From assembly GCA_043228905.1 (NCBI GenBank), contig JBHGNT010000011.1, forward strand, positions 5,022,001 through 5,086,000: a stretch of 64,000 bases of DNA, in the 5' to 3' direction. How positions within the stretch are numbered: position 1 is the first letter of the stretch; each line of letters begins with the position of its first letter. This document shows, one piece after another, positions 24,770 to 37,559 of the stretch. Under the pieces are notes generated by a model, which made no database searches, was not told where the DNA came from, and worked only from the letters and a program-made list of their open reading frames with translations. Source of the DNA: Azolla caroliniana (Eukaryota > Plantae > Polypodiophyta). Both the position numbers and the translations under genes were made by a program.

Positions 24770-27490
24770 TCCAGTTAGTATTTTGATAATATTTTGATGT
24801 AGATAATTAGCTTTGGCCAGTAGCTAGTTAGTTATTACTAGTAGCTATTTAGTTATTGCTAGTGGCTACTTAGCTATTAACAATAGCTGGTTAGCTATTG
24901 CCAGTAGTTAGTTAGCTATTAACAATACCTAGTTAGCTATGATAATATTCTAATGTAGCTAATTAGCTATGATAATATTCTAATGTGGTTAATTAGCTAT
25001 GATCATATTCTGATGTAGCTAATTAGCTTTGGACAATAGCTAATTAGCTATTACTAGTAGTTGTTGGCCAGCAAAGACTTAAAAGCCGGATAGAGTCGAG
25101 AATGGGAAAGGGATAATTAATCTAGAATTATTATATGATTTTGAGAAGCGAACAGATGGACCAGGAATCGGTATGTCGATCCAGATCCAGACCGGTTTGT
25201 AGCCTGTTGGCGGTTGGCACCGGTTTGTACCAAGAGCCGGTGATCCGACCCTTCACAAAAGGCGAAGGAGTGGCCTAATCGGAAGCGGCCGGTAGAGAAG
25301 GATGCATTGGTGGATACCCCGGTGAGACCTTTGAAAATCAAGCTGCACTAGACGGAACAACAAGCAGAATAGCAACCGGACAAACCGTAGGGGCAGGACC
25401 CCTTGGCGGTGTTAATCAATAGCAAGACCCTGGAGGAAGAAGAGCAGGAAGACGAACCTACCGAGACTCTGATATGTCGTCGACAAACAAGTGACAAGGA
25501 CCACAAAGGGGAGGAATCAAGTCTAATGGAGGACATTATACTGGAACCCCTCCCTGAGGAGCCACAGCCAAGGAAGGCGTCAGAACTGGTTCAACAAGAA
25601 TTAGTGACAAAGCAAGTGGTGCGGGAGGACATAGCAAAATCAGCAGTCCAGGACAAGGCAATACCGGTGGATCAAGAACTGGTCATTGAACTGCTGGTGT
25701 TGTCGCCGCAGCAGCAACAGCCAGAACCGGAGAGGCCGCTTGACGTAACCATCCATAATAGGCTCATGGCCAGTGAAGAAGTCATCCCACGACCAGAACC
25801 GGCACGAAAACAAGGCACCGGCAGTCAATGGCTACGATGGATAGCAGAACAAGTGGCCGGGGTCGTCTGCCAATTAGAAGCGGAAGAGAGAACACATGAA
25901 GACTGGTTTCTAGCCACAACCAAGGACTTAGACTTAGAGACGGCATGGTCAAGAATCCGGAGCATGGAGCAAGACATAGAGAAGGCCAGAACATAAATGG
26001 CCAAGTTGGTCATAGAAGGACCACAGTAATCGGAACCGGTGGCTCCAGTAACTTTTATAGAGCTATAAGACCCCGGTGACTAAAGCAGGCCCGGATACTA
26101 ATAAAACACTAGCACAAGAGCTTGCCACATTACGGGAAGACTTGTTAGCACAAGAAGCCTTACGAGCCAGGGAACAAGAATTGAAAAAAGCGGTAGAGGA
26201 GGAATAAAGGAAGACGACCGACAGCCTCCGCCGAGCTTGAGAAAAGGTCATCAAGCATATGACCGCCTAAAAGCAGAGAAAGAAAAAATCCTGCAAGAGA
26301 AAGAGAAACTCCAACGAATGGCAGAAGTGGAAATTGAGCGCCTCAAAGAGGAGCTCCGGCAACAAAAACACCGTGAGGACCGTGATCGCCGGCTAATCAA
26401 TCAAAAGCTAAAACAGAAAACCGACGACTTCGACCGACTGCACCAAGATTATAAGCATTTGGATGTTGATCATAAGAAATTGATTACTGAAAGTGACGGG
26501 AAGCAGGAAAAGTGGAGGGAACTCCAGGAGGAAGTTAGTCGGACCATGGCAGCCTTGGTAGAGGAACAGTCGAAGGGGGCTGAAGTAGCAACACAACTAG
26601 TGGAAGCGGCAAAAGAACGGGTAGAGCTGACCCAGTAGCACTCGGAGGCAACAGAGTGCGCTACAATGGTTCTGAACAAAGTTCAGACGACCTATCAGAC
26701 CCAACTCATGCACTATAGAAGCCAAGAAGTGGGAACCGTGTGCCTAATCAAACAATTGAAGGACGAAAACAGGCCGCAGAGAACAAGTTGAAGATGGGGT
26801 TGGGGCGAATCCGTGATCTGGTGTGGACATGGAGAGACCGGACGAAGCGATTGGTGGAAGAAAGTTTAGTTCAATGGTGGTCTCAATGGGCTAAGCAGGC
26901 GGCGGAGTTACAATTGCTGCAATTGGATGTGGAGAACCGGCAAAAGGACGGCGACGATTTCTATAAATTGGACAAGGAAAACATTGTTGCCATAAGGGAG
27001 GAATTGTCGAACGACTTCCTATCATTAGCCGGGAACCAATTGGTGGCGGTGAGGTGATTTGTGGAGTAGCTGGACGACGACCAGCTGGATACACAGCTCC
27101 ACCTCGAGCGGTATGAACGACAACGGCGACGGCAAGAAGTGGTCCGAAGAATTGCGGCGATCAATATCAATCCGTTCAGTTCTCAAAATCATAATAATTC
27201 TAGATTAATTATCCCTTTCCCATTCTCGACTCTATTCAGCTCTTAAGTCTTTGCCGACCAATAGTAGCTAGTTAGCTATTAACAATACCTAGTTAGCTAT
27301 GATCATATTCTAATGTAGCTAATTAGCTATGATAATATTCTGATGTAGCTAATTAGATATGATAATATTATGATGTAGCTAATTAGCTATGATCATATTT
27401 AGCCTTGAGTACGACTAAATGTAGCTAATCAACTATGTCTAACGTAGATAGAAGCTCAAGCCACTAGTTATTGCAGCTAATTACCTAGTG
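24770..27490. repeat. TAGCTA-rich minisatellite (30-bp unit containing palindrome TAGCTAATTAGCTA), split by the insertion 25062-27263
   Basis: GAT(A/C)ATATTCT(A/G)ATGTAGCTAATTAGCTAT at 24941, 24971, 25001, 27301, 27331 and 27361. Confidence 0.85.
25062..27263 (+). mobile_element. 2.2-kb non-autonomous element with ~100-bp terminal inverted repeats carrying a decayed coiled-coil gene
   Basis: 25062-~25160 is the reverse complement of ~27166-27263 (TGTTGGCC.. / ..GACCAATA). Flanks GTAGT/GTAGC. ORF pieces 25403-25996, 26237-26638 and 26740-27057 form one frame with stops and one frameshift. Confidence 0.85.
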
Positions 27491-28599
27491 ATTGTAATTT
27501 TAATAGTGCATAGACTTGTGACAATAAGCTTAATAATCAAAATAGATGATGATATAAATGTAAATACGTAAGGTACATCAAGAAGATGAATGGGATGCTC
27601 CTCGTATTGAGTGCTTCCAACACATTTCCTGCACAAATCCTTCTTATTGGGTGAAACCCTACTCTCATTAGTCCAAAATATGGTGATTATATCCTTGATT
27701 TATGATGTTATGGGTATCACTGGCTTACATCTTGTGGTGAGCTTTAGCTTTAGCAGACTAGTTCCTTTACCACCTCCATACTAGCTTTATTGATCATCTT
27801 TTGACCTGCTCATGGATACAAAACTATAATTATGGAGATTTTTTACTAGTACAGATGTTAGGTTTCCATTCAGACCATCAAAATCAACTAATTCTTTTAT
27901 TGATGGATCATTTAATATTCCATAAAGTATTACCTTCTTGTCTTCATTGCTGATGTACTTTGTGAGAACATTGAAATAGTCTCATTACTTCCATTCTCAG
28001 TGGTATTTAAACCTACATCACAACCAATACTATCCTTACCTTTAGTTGATGTGTATTTTTTATCCTTTAACATTTCACTATGTTTCCTTTTTTTTTGGCC
28101 CAATACTTTCGTATCTCTTGTTGTGTACTAATAGCTTGATCCCTATCTTGATGATCCATGAGAGTTGTTGATAAACACCCTCCTTCCCCTTCCCTTTGGA
28201 TTCACATATTCATTAGTAAATTGAAAAAAAAATGAGACGTAAATGACTATACCACATGCAAACCGGTTATTAACAGGGGTGATCCCACCGTTTGCAAGAG
28301 CACACAGTGACAGTAAGTGACTGTTTGCCGTGGCAAAGTGAACGCTACTCAAACGTTGACGATTGCAACCACCATGGGGCAATAGTGGTGGCTCATAATC
28401 TCTCTCTCTATACAACAACAATACACAAAATTATTCTGCAATACACAAGATTATACACAAGGTAATTAATAGATGAAGATGTAGATGCAATGGCTACCTA
28501 GCAATAAAGGAGCTAAGTGTTCGAAAGTGGCGGTTTTAGAAGTTGCAAGTGGCTAACAACAATATTGACACCTAATGCAAGTAAAATCACCAGCGAATC

Positions 28600-29050
28600 A
28601 CTTAGCTGACAGTGGCAACAATTGAGCTGCAATTAGTGGCAACAATAGAGGACGGAATTCTGATGACAACTGAGTGTACAATGACCGCAGTTGAGGAGGT
28701 TACTTAGTTGGAGCGAACAATGGCAGCAATCCAAGACCAAACAGTGGCGACAACTGAGTGTACAATGGCCACAATGGAGGAGCTAACTCAATCAGAGCGA
28801 ACAGTGACAATAAGGAGTGTACAATGGCCGCAATGGAGGAGTTAACTCAGTCGGAGCGAATAGTGGAAGCAATCCAGGACTGAACAATGACAACAATTGA
28901 GCATACAATAGCCGCAATGGAGGAGCTAACTCAATCGATGCGAACAATGGCGTCAATCCAAGACCGAACAGTGGTGACAATTGAGCCTACAATGGATGCA
29001 ATGGAGGAGTGAACTCAGTCGGAGCGAACAGTGGTAGTAATCAAGCTTGA
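28600..29050. repeat. Degenerate ~84-bp minisatellite
   Basis: GGAGGAG(C/T)TAACTCA anchor at ~28776, 28836, 28920 and 29004. Confidence 0.8.
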
Positions 29051-29299
29051 ACAATCACAAAGTGATGGCCAATGTGATGTGCCAATGGATCATGCATAAG
29101 GGATCTAAAAATTTGGTATATAATTAATGTTTCCAATTATGGTGCACGTTTCTATTACACATTTATGGTACTCATTCTAATGTTTTCATTCATGGTGCAA
29201 AAAGACTAAATCATTGGTAGCTTTTGCATAGCTAATTAGCTATGTCAAGGACACAACTAATTGTTTCCACTCCCATGCTTTCACCAATAGCAGATAGGT

Positions 29300-32200
29300 T
29301 TAGTGAGCTCATTAGGTTCCACTTTTTTGAATTGATATTGTTGAAAATCTGGTGGCTATGGTTCTTTTTCGGGTTCGAGGGTTATATTAAAACTTCCATT
29401 ACAACTTAGGTCGTCTATTGTCATCCTGTCATTCATCACTTGTTGGGAACCGACGATTAATTTGCCAATTGTTTTTGTTCCTCCGTTGAGTTCGGAAATT
29501 GGTCTCTCTGGATGGGATCCGGTGATAAATAAGGAAGACCCGGTGAGAACTGGAAAAGAAGACATATATGTAAATATGTTTCTTGAGTAAGCCTATTGAG
29601 GTTATATTTGTAAATAGCCCTAAGTTCATTTCAGTATAAATATGACTTAGGGCAATCACTTTGAATGTAGTTGTAGTTATTGTTATATTGTTGTATAGAG
29701 AGAGAGCAACATAGAGAGAGGGGGAGAGAGAGTAAGATACAGAGCTATACTCTGTTGTAACCACCGGTTGGCGAAGATCGTGAGCTCGAGGTCGTTGCCT
29801 CCGAGACCGAATAAGATCGATGCCATAGTGTGGGAGGTGATGCACATGAAGACGACGACATACATCCGGTGCTTCATCCACATGAGCCTGTACAACAACT
29901 TCAATGAAGAGAGCAAGGCTCATGAACTCTGGGAGAAGATCGGCATTATGTTCCAAAACAAGAATGTCGTTAATCGGGTTTCGGTATTCCGGAAGCTAGT
30001 GAGGCTTCGGTACCAGGACGGCTCCAGTATGGCAGAGCACATGAATGCATTCCAGGGGCTGATACACCAGGCAACCTTGTTGCAAGTACCTCTCGCCGAT
30101 GAGGTACTTGCTCTACTCCTGCTCGGTTCCCTCCCAGCTAGCTGGGAGACGTTAGTTGTCACGTTGGGCAACGCTAGGCCGGAAGGAAAACAACTATCCC
30201 TAGCAAGAGTCAAGTCGATCTTGCTAGATGAGGAGGCATGTCAGAAAGACAAGGAGGTGATCTTCGATGCCAAAGCCCTCCTTACCGAATTGGAACGCGG
30301 AAGACAAAGGAATCGGAGTCCCCAGAACCAGGAAAAGTGGGGGACACAGTCAAAGTCAAGGGGGAGGCCCACTTGCTTCTATTGCGGCAAGCCGGGGCAT
30401 TTCTAGAAGAACTGTTGGCATTTTCGAAAAGACAAGTGAACCGACAGTACCGATTTGAAGAAGTCACCGGACTGAAACGGTTCGGATCAGTGAGGCTCGG
30501 ACTGGAAGGGAACGACGGCAATCACGGCAAGTAAAGAAGAACTAATGCTCATCACCGAGGAGAGTGAGTTGAACCTTGCTAGTGACGAGACAACGTGGGT
30601 TGTCGATTCCGGAGCGTCGTTCCACCTTACCCCGGACCAGAAATGCTTCTCATCCTACACAGTCGGTGAGCACGGCTATGTCCAGATGGGGAATGAAGGA
30701 GCATGTCGAATTGTCGGCATAGGAGACGTGTGGGTGGTGACACCAACTGGATGCAAATTGTTGTTGAAGGATGTCCGACACATTCTGGAGGTTCGACTAA
30801 ACCTGATATCAGCCAGTTGGCTAGATGATGAAGGCTACACGGGTAACATCCGGAACGGTGTCATGAAGTTCTGCAAAGGGAGCCTAATAGTGGCTCAAGC
30901 CCGGAAGACTGTGTCACATGAGTGAGAAGGGGATGAAGACGCTTGCAGAAGACAACCTCATTCCGGTGAAGGACATGCAACTTGAGAAGTGCACCGATAG
31001 CTTGGCCAGCAAGCAAAACCAAACCTCCTTCCGGTCAAAACCACCGATGAGATGGAATGCACCACTGGAGCTGGTGCATACTGATGTGTGTCAAGTGGAC
31101 ACGAAGTCACATGCTGGATCGCAATACTTCGTGACGTTCATAGATGACCACATACGGAAGTTGTGGGTCTCACCATTGAAGACAAAGAATAAGGTGCTAT
31201 CCATCTTCAAGGAGCTCCACACGAGAGTGGAAAGAGAAACCATCCGGAAGCTGAAGGTGGCTCGAGCAGATAACAGAGGAGAATAACGGGGGCAGTTCAA
31301 GGAGTACTTCCGGTCGAAGGGAATACGGCTCGAGTTTACTATTCCGAAGACGTTGGAACTAAACGGTTTGGCCGAAAGGATGAGCCGGACCATAATGGAG
31401 AGAGTCTAGAGCATGCTCGCACATGCCAAGTTACCCAAGACGTTTTTGGCTGAAGTGCTGACGATGACAACCTATGTGATAAACAGATCACCCTCAGTAC
31501 CCTTGGGAGGAGACACACCGCAAAGAGTATGGACCAGTAAGGACGTGTCCTACCGGCACTTGAAGGTGTTTGGGTGTCTCGCTTACGTGCATGTGGCGAA
31601 GGACAAGAGAGCAAAGTTGGATCTGAAGTCCAGGCCATGCATATTCCTTGGATACGACGATGATGAGTTTGGTTACCGGGTGTGGGATCTGGTTGACAAG
31701 AAGGTGTTCCGGAGTTGGGATGTCATAGTCTTCATGGAAGACAGGACCATTGCCGATTGGGAGTCGGAGAAGGTGATGAACTCCAGATAATTCATTGAAA
31801 ACCGGCTTGAGGACACAAGGGCTTACCCGGTTGAAAACCGGATGCTAGCCGGTAACCAGATGACACTCGACGAACCGGCCGGATACAGACAGGAAACCGA
31901 ACTGACCGAAGAAGAAGAAGACACCGGAACCAGACAAGATCCCAAATCGGATGAGGATGAGGAACAAACAGAGGAACCGGTAGTCAAAAACCAAGGATGG
32001 ACATATCCTCTCTGAGAGAGAAGAGCCCCCCGGAGATTCCCGGATGCAGAGCATGTGTTGCTAACCGATGAGGGGGAGCCGGAAAGCTTCGAAGAAGCAA
32101 AGAGAGACACCCACAACTGCAAGTGGTTGAGTTCCATGTAGGATGAGATGGATTCCATGCATGAGAACCACACATATGAACTGATGGAGTTGCCAAAAGG

Positions 32201-35200
32201 GAAGAGAGCACTCCGGAACAAGTGGCTGTAAAAGTTGAAACCGGGAGATGCCGAAAATCTACCCATGTATAAGGCCCGAATCGTGGTGAAGGGCTTCCAG
32301 CAGAAGAAAGGAGTGGACTTCGATGAGATCTTTGCCCCGGTAGTAAAGATGACATCCATCTGGATGGTATTGGGCATAGCGCCAAGCATGGACTTCAAGG
32401 TAGAGCAACTGGACGTGAAGACGACATTCCTACATTGGGACCTCGAAGAAGAGATCTACATGCATCAACCGGAAGGATTTGAGAAGAAAGAGAAGGAGTG
32501 CCTGCTGTGCCGGCTGAAGAAGAGCTTATACGGATTGAAGCAAGCTCCTCGGCTCCGGTACTGGAAGTTCGGCTTCTTCATGACTGACCAAGGGTACCAC
32601 AAGACGCAGGCCGATCACTGTGTGTTTGTGAAGAAATTTGACAGAGGAGGTTTCTTGATGCTCCTCTTATATGTGGATGATATGATGATCGTCAAACGAG
32701 ACGAGGGCAAGATTTCGGATGTTGAAGAAGGCTCTGAACTGGACCTTCTCAATGAAAGACTTGGGGTCGCCAAGACAGGTATTGGGAATGCACGTCCTCC
32801 GGGACCGGTCAAAGAAGCTGTTGTGGTTGTCACAGGAGAAGTATGTGACAAAGGTGCTTCAAAGGTTCAACATGTCGGAGGCAAAACCGGTCGGATCGAC
32901 AATTTCGGCAAACTGCAAGCTGTCAGGAAAACAAAGCTCGAGGACAAAGACGGAGAAGACGGATATGATGAAAATAGCATATGCCTCTACCATCGGGAGC
33001 TTAATGTATGCGATGGTATGTACCTGACCGGATATCAGATATGCAATTGGAGTGGTGAGCTGGTTCATGAGCAATCCTGGCAAAGAGCACTAGAATGTGG
33101 TCAAGTGGATATTGTGGTATTTGAAAGGCACTTCGAGTATGTGCCTCCGATTCAGCTCTAGTAATCCTCAACTTGATGGATTCACTAATTCAGATATGTC
33201 GGTTCATGTAGATACCAGCCGGTTTACATCCGGATATGTCATGATTTATGCAGGGGGAGTTGTTTCGTGGCAGTCGAGGCTGCAGAAGATGGTTGCGTTG
33301 TCAACCATGGAAGCGGAGTACATGGCAGTTGTGAAAGCCGGCAATGAGATAATTTGGATGAAGGACTTCATCGGAGAGCTAGGAATCAAACAGGAGGAAT
33401 AACGGCTCTACTGCGATAGTCAAACTGCCATCCACCTTGTAAAAAACACGGCTTACCATTCCCCGACGAAACATATCCACTAGATCCGGGAGAGAGTACA
33501 AGATCAAGAGTTCGTGCTGACAAAGATCCACACGAAGGAGAACGGGTCAGACATATTGACCAAGGTGCTGACAACCGACAAGCTGGACGCGTGCCGAAAG
33601 CGGATCGGGCTGACAAGATATCCCATGCCGGAGTGAAGGGGGAGATTGTTGGGAAATCGTTCTCTCCAGATGGAATCCGGTGAGAACCATAAGAGAAGAC
33701 ATATGTGTAAATATGTTTCTTGAGTGAGCCTATTGAGGTTATATTTTTAAATAGCCCTAAGTTCATATCAGTATAAATATGACTTAGGGCAATCACTTTG
33801 AGTGTAGTTGTAGTTATTGTTATATTCTTGTATAGAGAGAGAGCGACAGAGAGAGAGGGGGAGAGAGAGTAAGATATAGAGCTATACTCTGTTGTAACCG
33901 CCAGTTGGTGAAGATCGCGAGCTCGAGGTCGTTGCCTCCGAGACTCTAATTGTACCTTTCTCCTATAGTGATAGTTGGAGTTTGTGGGCTCCCGTGGTTT
34001 TTCCCATTCAAGGTTTTCCAAGTAAACATCCTATGTATTTCCTTGTGTACTCTCCACTTCCCATTTGTGTGTTTCATTCGTAAAGAAGTGTTCAAGACTT
34101 GGTTGGTGTTGAGCAATATTCCGCGCCATTCCTCTCACGTTGATCGTAATACCATTGGTCATCTTGATGTCTTGATCCTCTGTTGTTGTACAAATGCCGA
34201 TCATTTCTATCATGGTGAGGTGAGTAATCACACTCATATCGTTGACTATTGCCCCTTCTATACTCATCTGAAGGTGCTCGTCCCTTTTATAATCATCTCG
34301 TCGATTTCAATCTAGTCAAAACTGATTCTCAGATCTTAGTCTATCCTCTTCTCGGAAACGGTTTGTCTGCCGCATTCTGTCATCCGGTCGGTCATTATGC
34401 GGCTCTATTTGCATTACCGGAGCCGCAACCTTGTTTAAGAGGTTATATTTGCACTCGTCTATTGTATGTCACTTTGAATGGAAAATTGGGCAATGTGTGT
34501 GTAATGTGCATTCTATTGTGGAAGGCCCAGGATTCAAGCAAGTTGTGCATTGAATTTCTTGTCAAAACCTCAATTCCTCCTGATTTGGTAATGATTTTTG
34601 TAAGGATGTTAGCAACATACTATTACTTGTTTGTGCTCTATCCATTACGAGTGCTTTGTCAATCACTTGCTCTAGTGATTGTTCCTTAAAATCGAAAACA
34701 GGTAGTGCAGTCCGGAGTGGCTCTCGGAGTGCCGATAAGAAGGCATCCTTCACATCTTCCTTAGGAGGGGTTCGTGCTAACAGCCTCCGAAGATTTGGAA
34801 TCGAATAATGAATTGGGGAAATATTTCATGAGCTTCTTGGTAAGCTGCATAGAATTGGTTCATAAGTTCCGGTTTTGGAATTTCCCAATGCAATAACCTG
34901 ATAAATTTACTAGTTAGTTATTTAAATGATTCAAACTCACCCTCTTCATGTTACGAGTAGCAATTAGTTGATTGCCCTTCTAACAACAATCTGAACTTTG
35001 CTATCTTCGATTTATCAATGTTTGCTTCTAAAAGTCGTTGTGAGACATGGTTAGCTTGGCATGTGGTGAGGAAAGTCGGCACATGTTGTTTTGCATCCGC
35101 GTCATCATTTTATTTGGGATAAGGATCATACATTATATCCTCCTCTAATACTCTTACCAAGTTGGTTAGGTGTCGGCGCTGGTCGAACGTCTCATCGTCC

Positions 35201-35440
35201 GAGCTACTGTCAGTCTGTAAATCGGAAATTGCCCTTAATTCCTCTACAGCCTCTTGTTGAATACGTTCAAAAAACTCTAGGTAAGTCGAATTTTCTTCTT
35301 GAACACGTCGGCTTTCCGATCTTGTGCGTGGTCGTCTGCTTCCTACAGGTTGTTCTGTACTAGGCCGACTAGGCGACATCCATTCTCCTTTGCTCTCTGT
35401 TTCAAATAGATGTAAAACCGGGCATGCCAAAATTTATGTC
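29300..35440 (-). mobile_element. Ty3/gypsy-type gag remnant interrupted by copia 29489-34137
   Basis: KDAFLSALREPLRTAL..FDFKE..LEQVIDKAL (34753-34562) followed by two degenerate CCHC knuckles at ~34550-34440. Coding-like sequence resumes left of the insertion. Confidence 0.6.
29489..34137 (+). mobile_element. Near full-length copia family A element (Tnt1/Tork-like), TSD CGTTG
   Basis: TSD at 29484-29488 and 34138-34142. 5' LTR deleted into gag. gag SLPASW and CFYCGKPGHF, PR WVVDSGASFH, INT HTDVC/FIDD, RT YVDDM, RNase H. PPT GAAGGGGGAGAT, 3' LTR 33647-34137. Confidence 0.92.
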
Positions 35441-35689
35441 ATCATATTCTTGGTCTACAAACACAAAGGGTCGAACAACTTACTATCAAAGCTGCTCTAT
35501 CAAAGGGAGCTATGGATTTGATGCATTCCAATTCCTTACTTTTTGACTCCACTCTAATTACTCTATGATATTCTTCACCAATCTGCCAATCCATAACTAT
35601 GAGAGGTTTCGACCCTACTGGATGAATAGTGTTGAGTCGAACTTCGACGGAACAAATCCCATCCAATGCAACAGTTCCGTGATCTTTGC

Positions 35690-37545
35690 TTTCCAAGCAC
35701 GTGGGGCTTGCTTTAGTCTGTACAAAGACTTCTTTAGTTGACAGACAGCTGACATGCTCAATCCGGACTGAAACCTGGGAGGTTGCATCATGTACATCTA
35801 TTTCTCAAGCTCTCCTTTCAAGAACACATTCTTCATGTCCATTTCATGCAGGTGTCATCCCTTCACCACCATTACAACCAACAACACCCAGACGGTTGTC
35901 ATTTTGGCAACCGATGCAAATGTCTCGTCAAAATCGATGTCATGTTGATGTGCGTAAGCTTTTGCCACCAATCGGGCCTTGTACCAATTGACAAAGCTAC
36001 CACCTGCATCCAATTGGCTTCAATCCTTTGGGGGCGTCAACTAGGTCTCATCTTTCATTCTCCATTAAGGCACACATCTCTTCCTCCATTGTGGCTCACC
36101 AATTTGTGTCCCTTGTCGCCTTTGTGTATCTCTTCAGCTCACACAGTTCTGCCACCTTTGTCATATACGCATAATAATGTGACATGTATTCATTGTACCA
36201 TACCAGATTACGGGGTTCTTCTCACGGGTGGATCAGTGCAACTTTTGGTTCGCCGATTTTATGGCCCTCTTCGTTGACTCCAACCTCATTTTTGGAGTTC
36301 CATCATTGCTCATGGCTCTGTTGGATTCTCTCTCATCTAACATGGCAACATCTATGCCATATTTCGGCATCTTCATCTTTGCCTTCTCCTTGTGTCTAAG
36401 CCTTCTCCTCGGCTTCTAGTGCGGGGACTGCAGAGTCGACTCTCCACTACTCGTCGGCTCATCATTGGGCTGGCTATTCTGGCTCAACCCCTGATTTGAT
36501 TCACTTAGCCAAAATGAGATCATACTCTCATCTAGAGTTCTAATCTCTTCTCCATCCAGGGACATCTCAGCCTCACAGGCCTCATCCTCAGAACTCAGAA
36601 TGGAGTTAATGGGGGTTGAAGGCGGAGGCAAGTACCACAGAGAAGATTCATCGATTACGACATCTTGACTAACTCAAACCTATTTAGTTTGGGGGTTATA
36701 ACATTTATAACCCTTTTGCTCGTCCGAGTAGTCAACTAGAATGCACTTCTTGGCTTTGGTTTCCAACTTTCTCCTCTTCTCTTTTGGCATGCACATATGT
36801 GATGCTATCGAACACCCTCAAGTGTCCCAAATTGTGCCTTCGCCCAAAATAGAGCTCATGTGGCGCCACTCCTCCATTTGCAGATGTCTGATTCTATAGG
36901 TAGACAGTTGTCCTAACTGCTTCTGCCTAGTAGAACTTTGGCATATGCTTCTCCTCAAGCATTGCCCTTGTCGCCTCCTCAATGGTCTGATTCGTTTGTT
37001 CGGCCACTCCATTCTACTCTAACATGTATTTGTAGGAGAATTCACAATCAATTCCTTCCGTTTGTAGATAACTTGAGAGCTGGTTGGAAAAGTATTCTTT
37101 ATTGCCATCCGTCTAGAGGCACATGATCTTGCGTCATGTCTCCCATTTAGCAAGGATTTTCACCTTTAGGAAACAGGAGAAGACTTCGTTCTTCTTCTCG
37201 ATCAAGCATGCCCAGGTATGCCAAGAGTAGTTATCGATGAAGGCTACAAAGTAATGACTCCCACCAATTCTCACGTTCTCTACCGATCCCCACACATCTA
37301 AATGGATCAAATCGATGTTATTTTGGTTTTAACTGCACTCGTTGGGGAATGGAAGTCAATGCTGCTTATCGAGTAGACAGGCTTCACAAACCTGGCCCTT
37401 CCGGCCACTAAATTTAAGTAGGCAAGAAATGATGTTCTTTGTCTTCATCTCTTGAAGCCAAGGGAAGTTGACATCGCCGATCCAATTGTGCCACAGGTCG
37501 ATGTCTGATTCAACCTTCTACCCATTGGTGAACATAGTTACAACT
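35690..37545 (-). mobile_element. Copia family B INT-RT remnant
   Basis: [15 protein letters not shown] (35797-35690) and integrase motifs at 36700-37400. Confidence 0.8.
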
Positions 37546-37559
37546 ATACATACAAGACT

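Noticed and set aside
27500-29050. Possible further minus-strand cargo gene (ORFs 28143-28421, 28792-28980)
   Set aside because: Short, stop-ridden, partly minisatellite-derived and with no recognisable motif; cannot be supported.
31823-32398. Long antisense ORFs over copia RT (also 54282-54908)
   Set aside because: Shadow frames of the pol gene.
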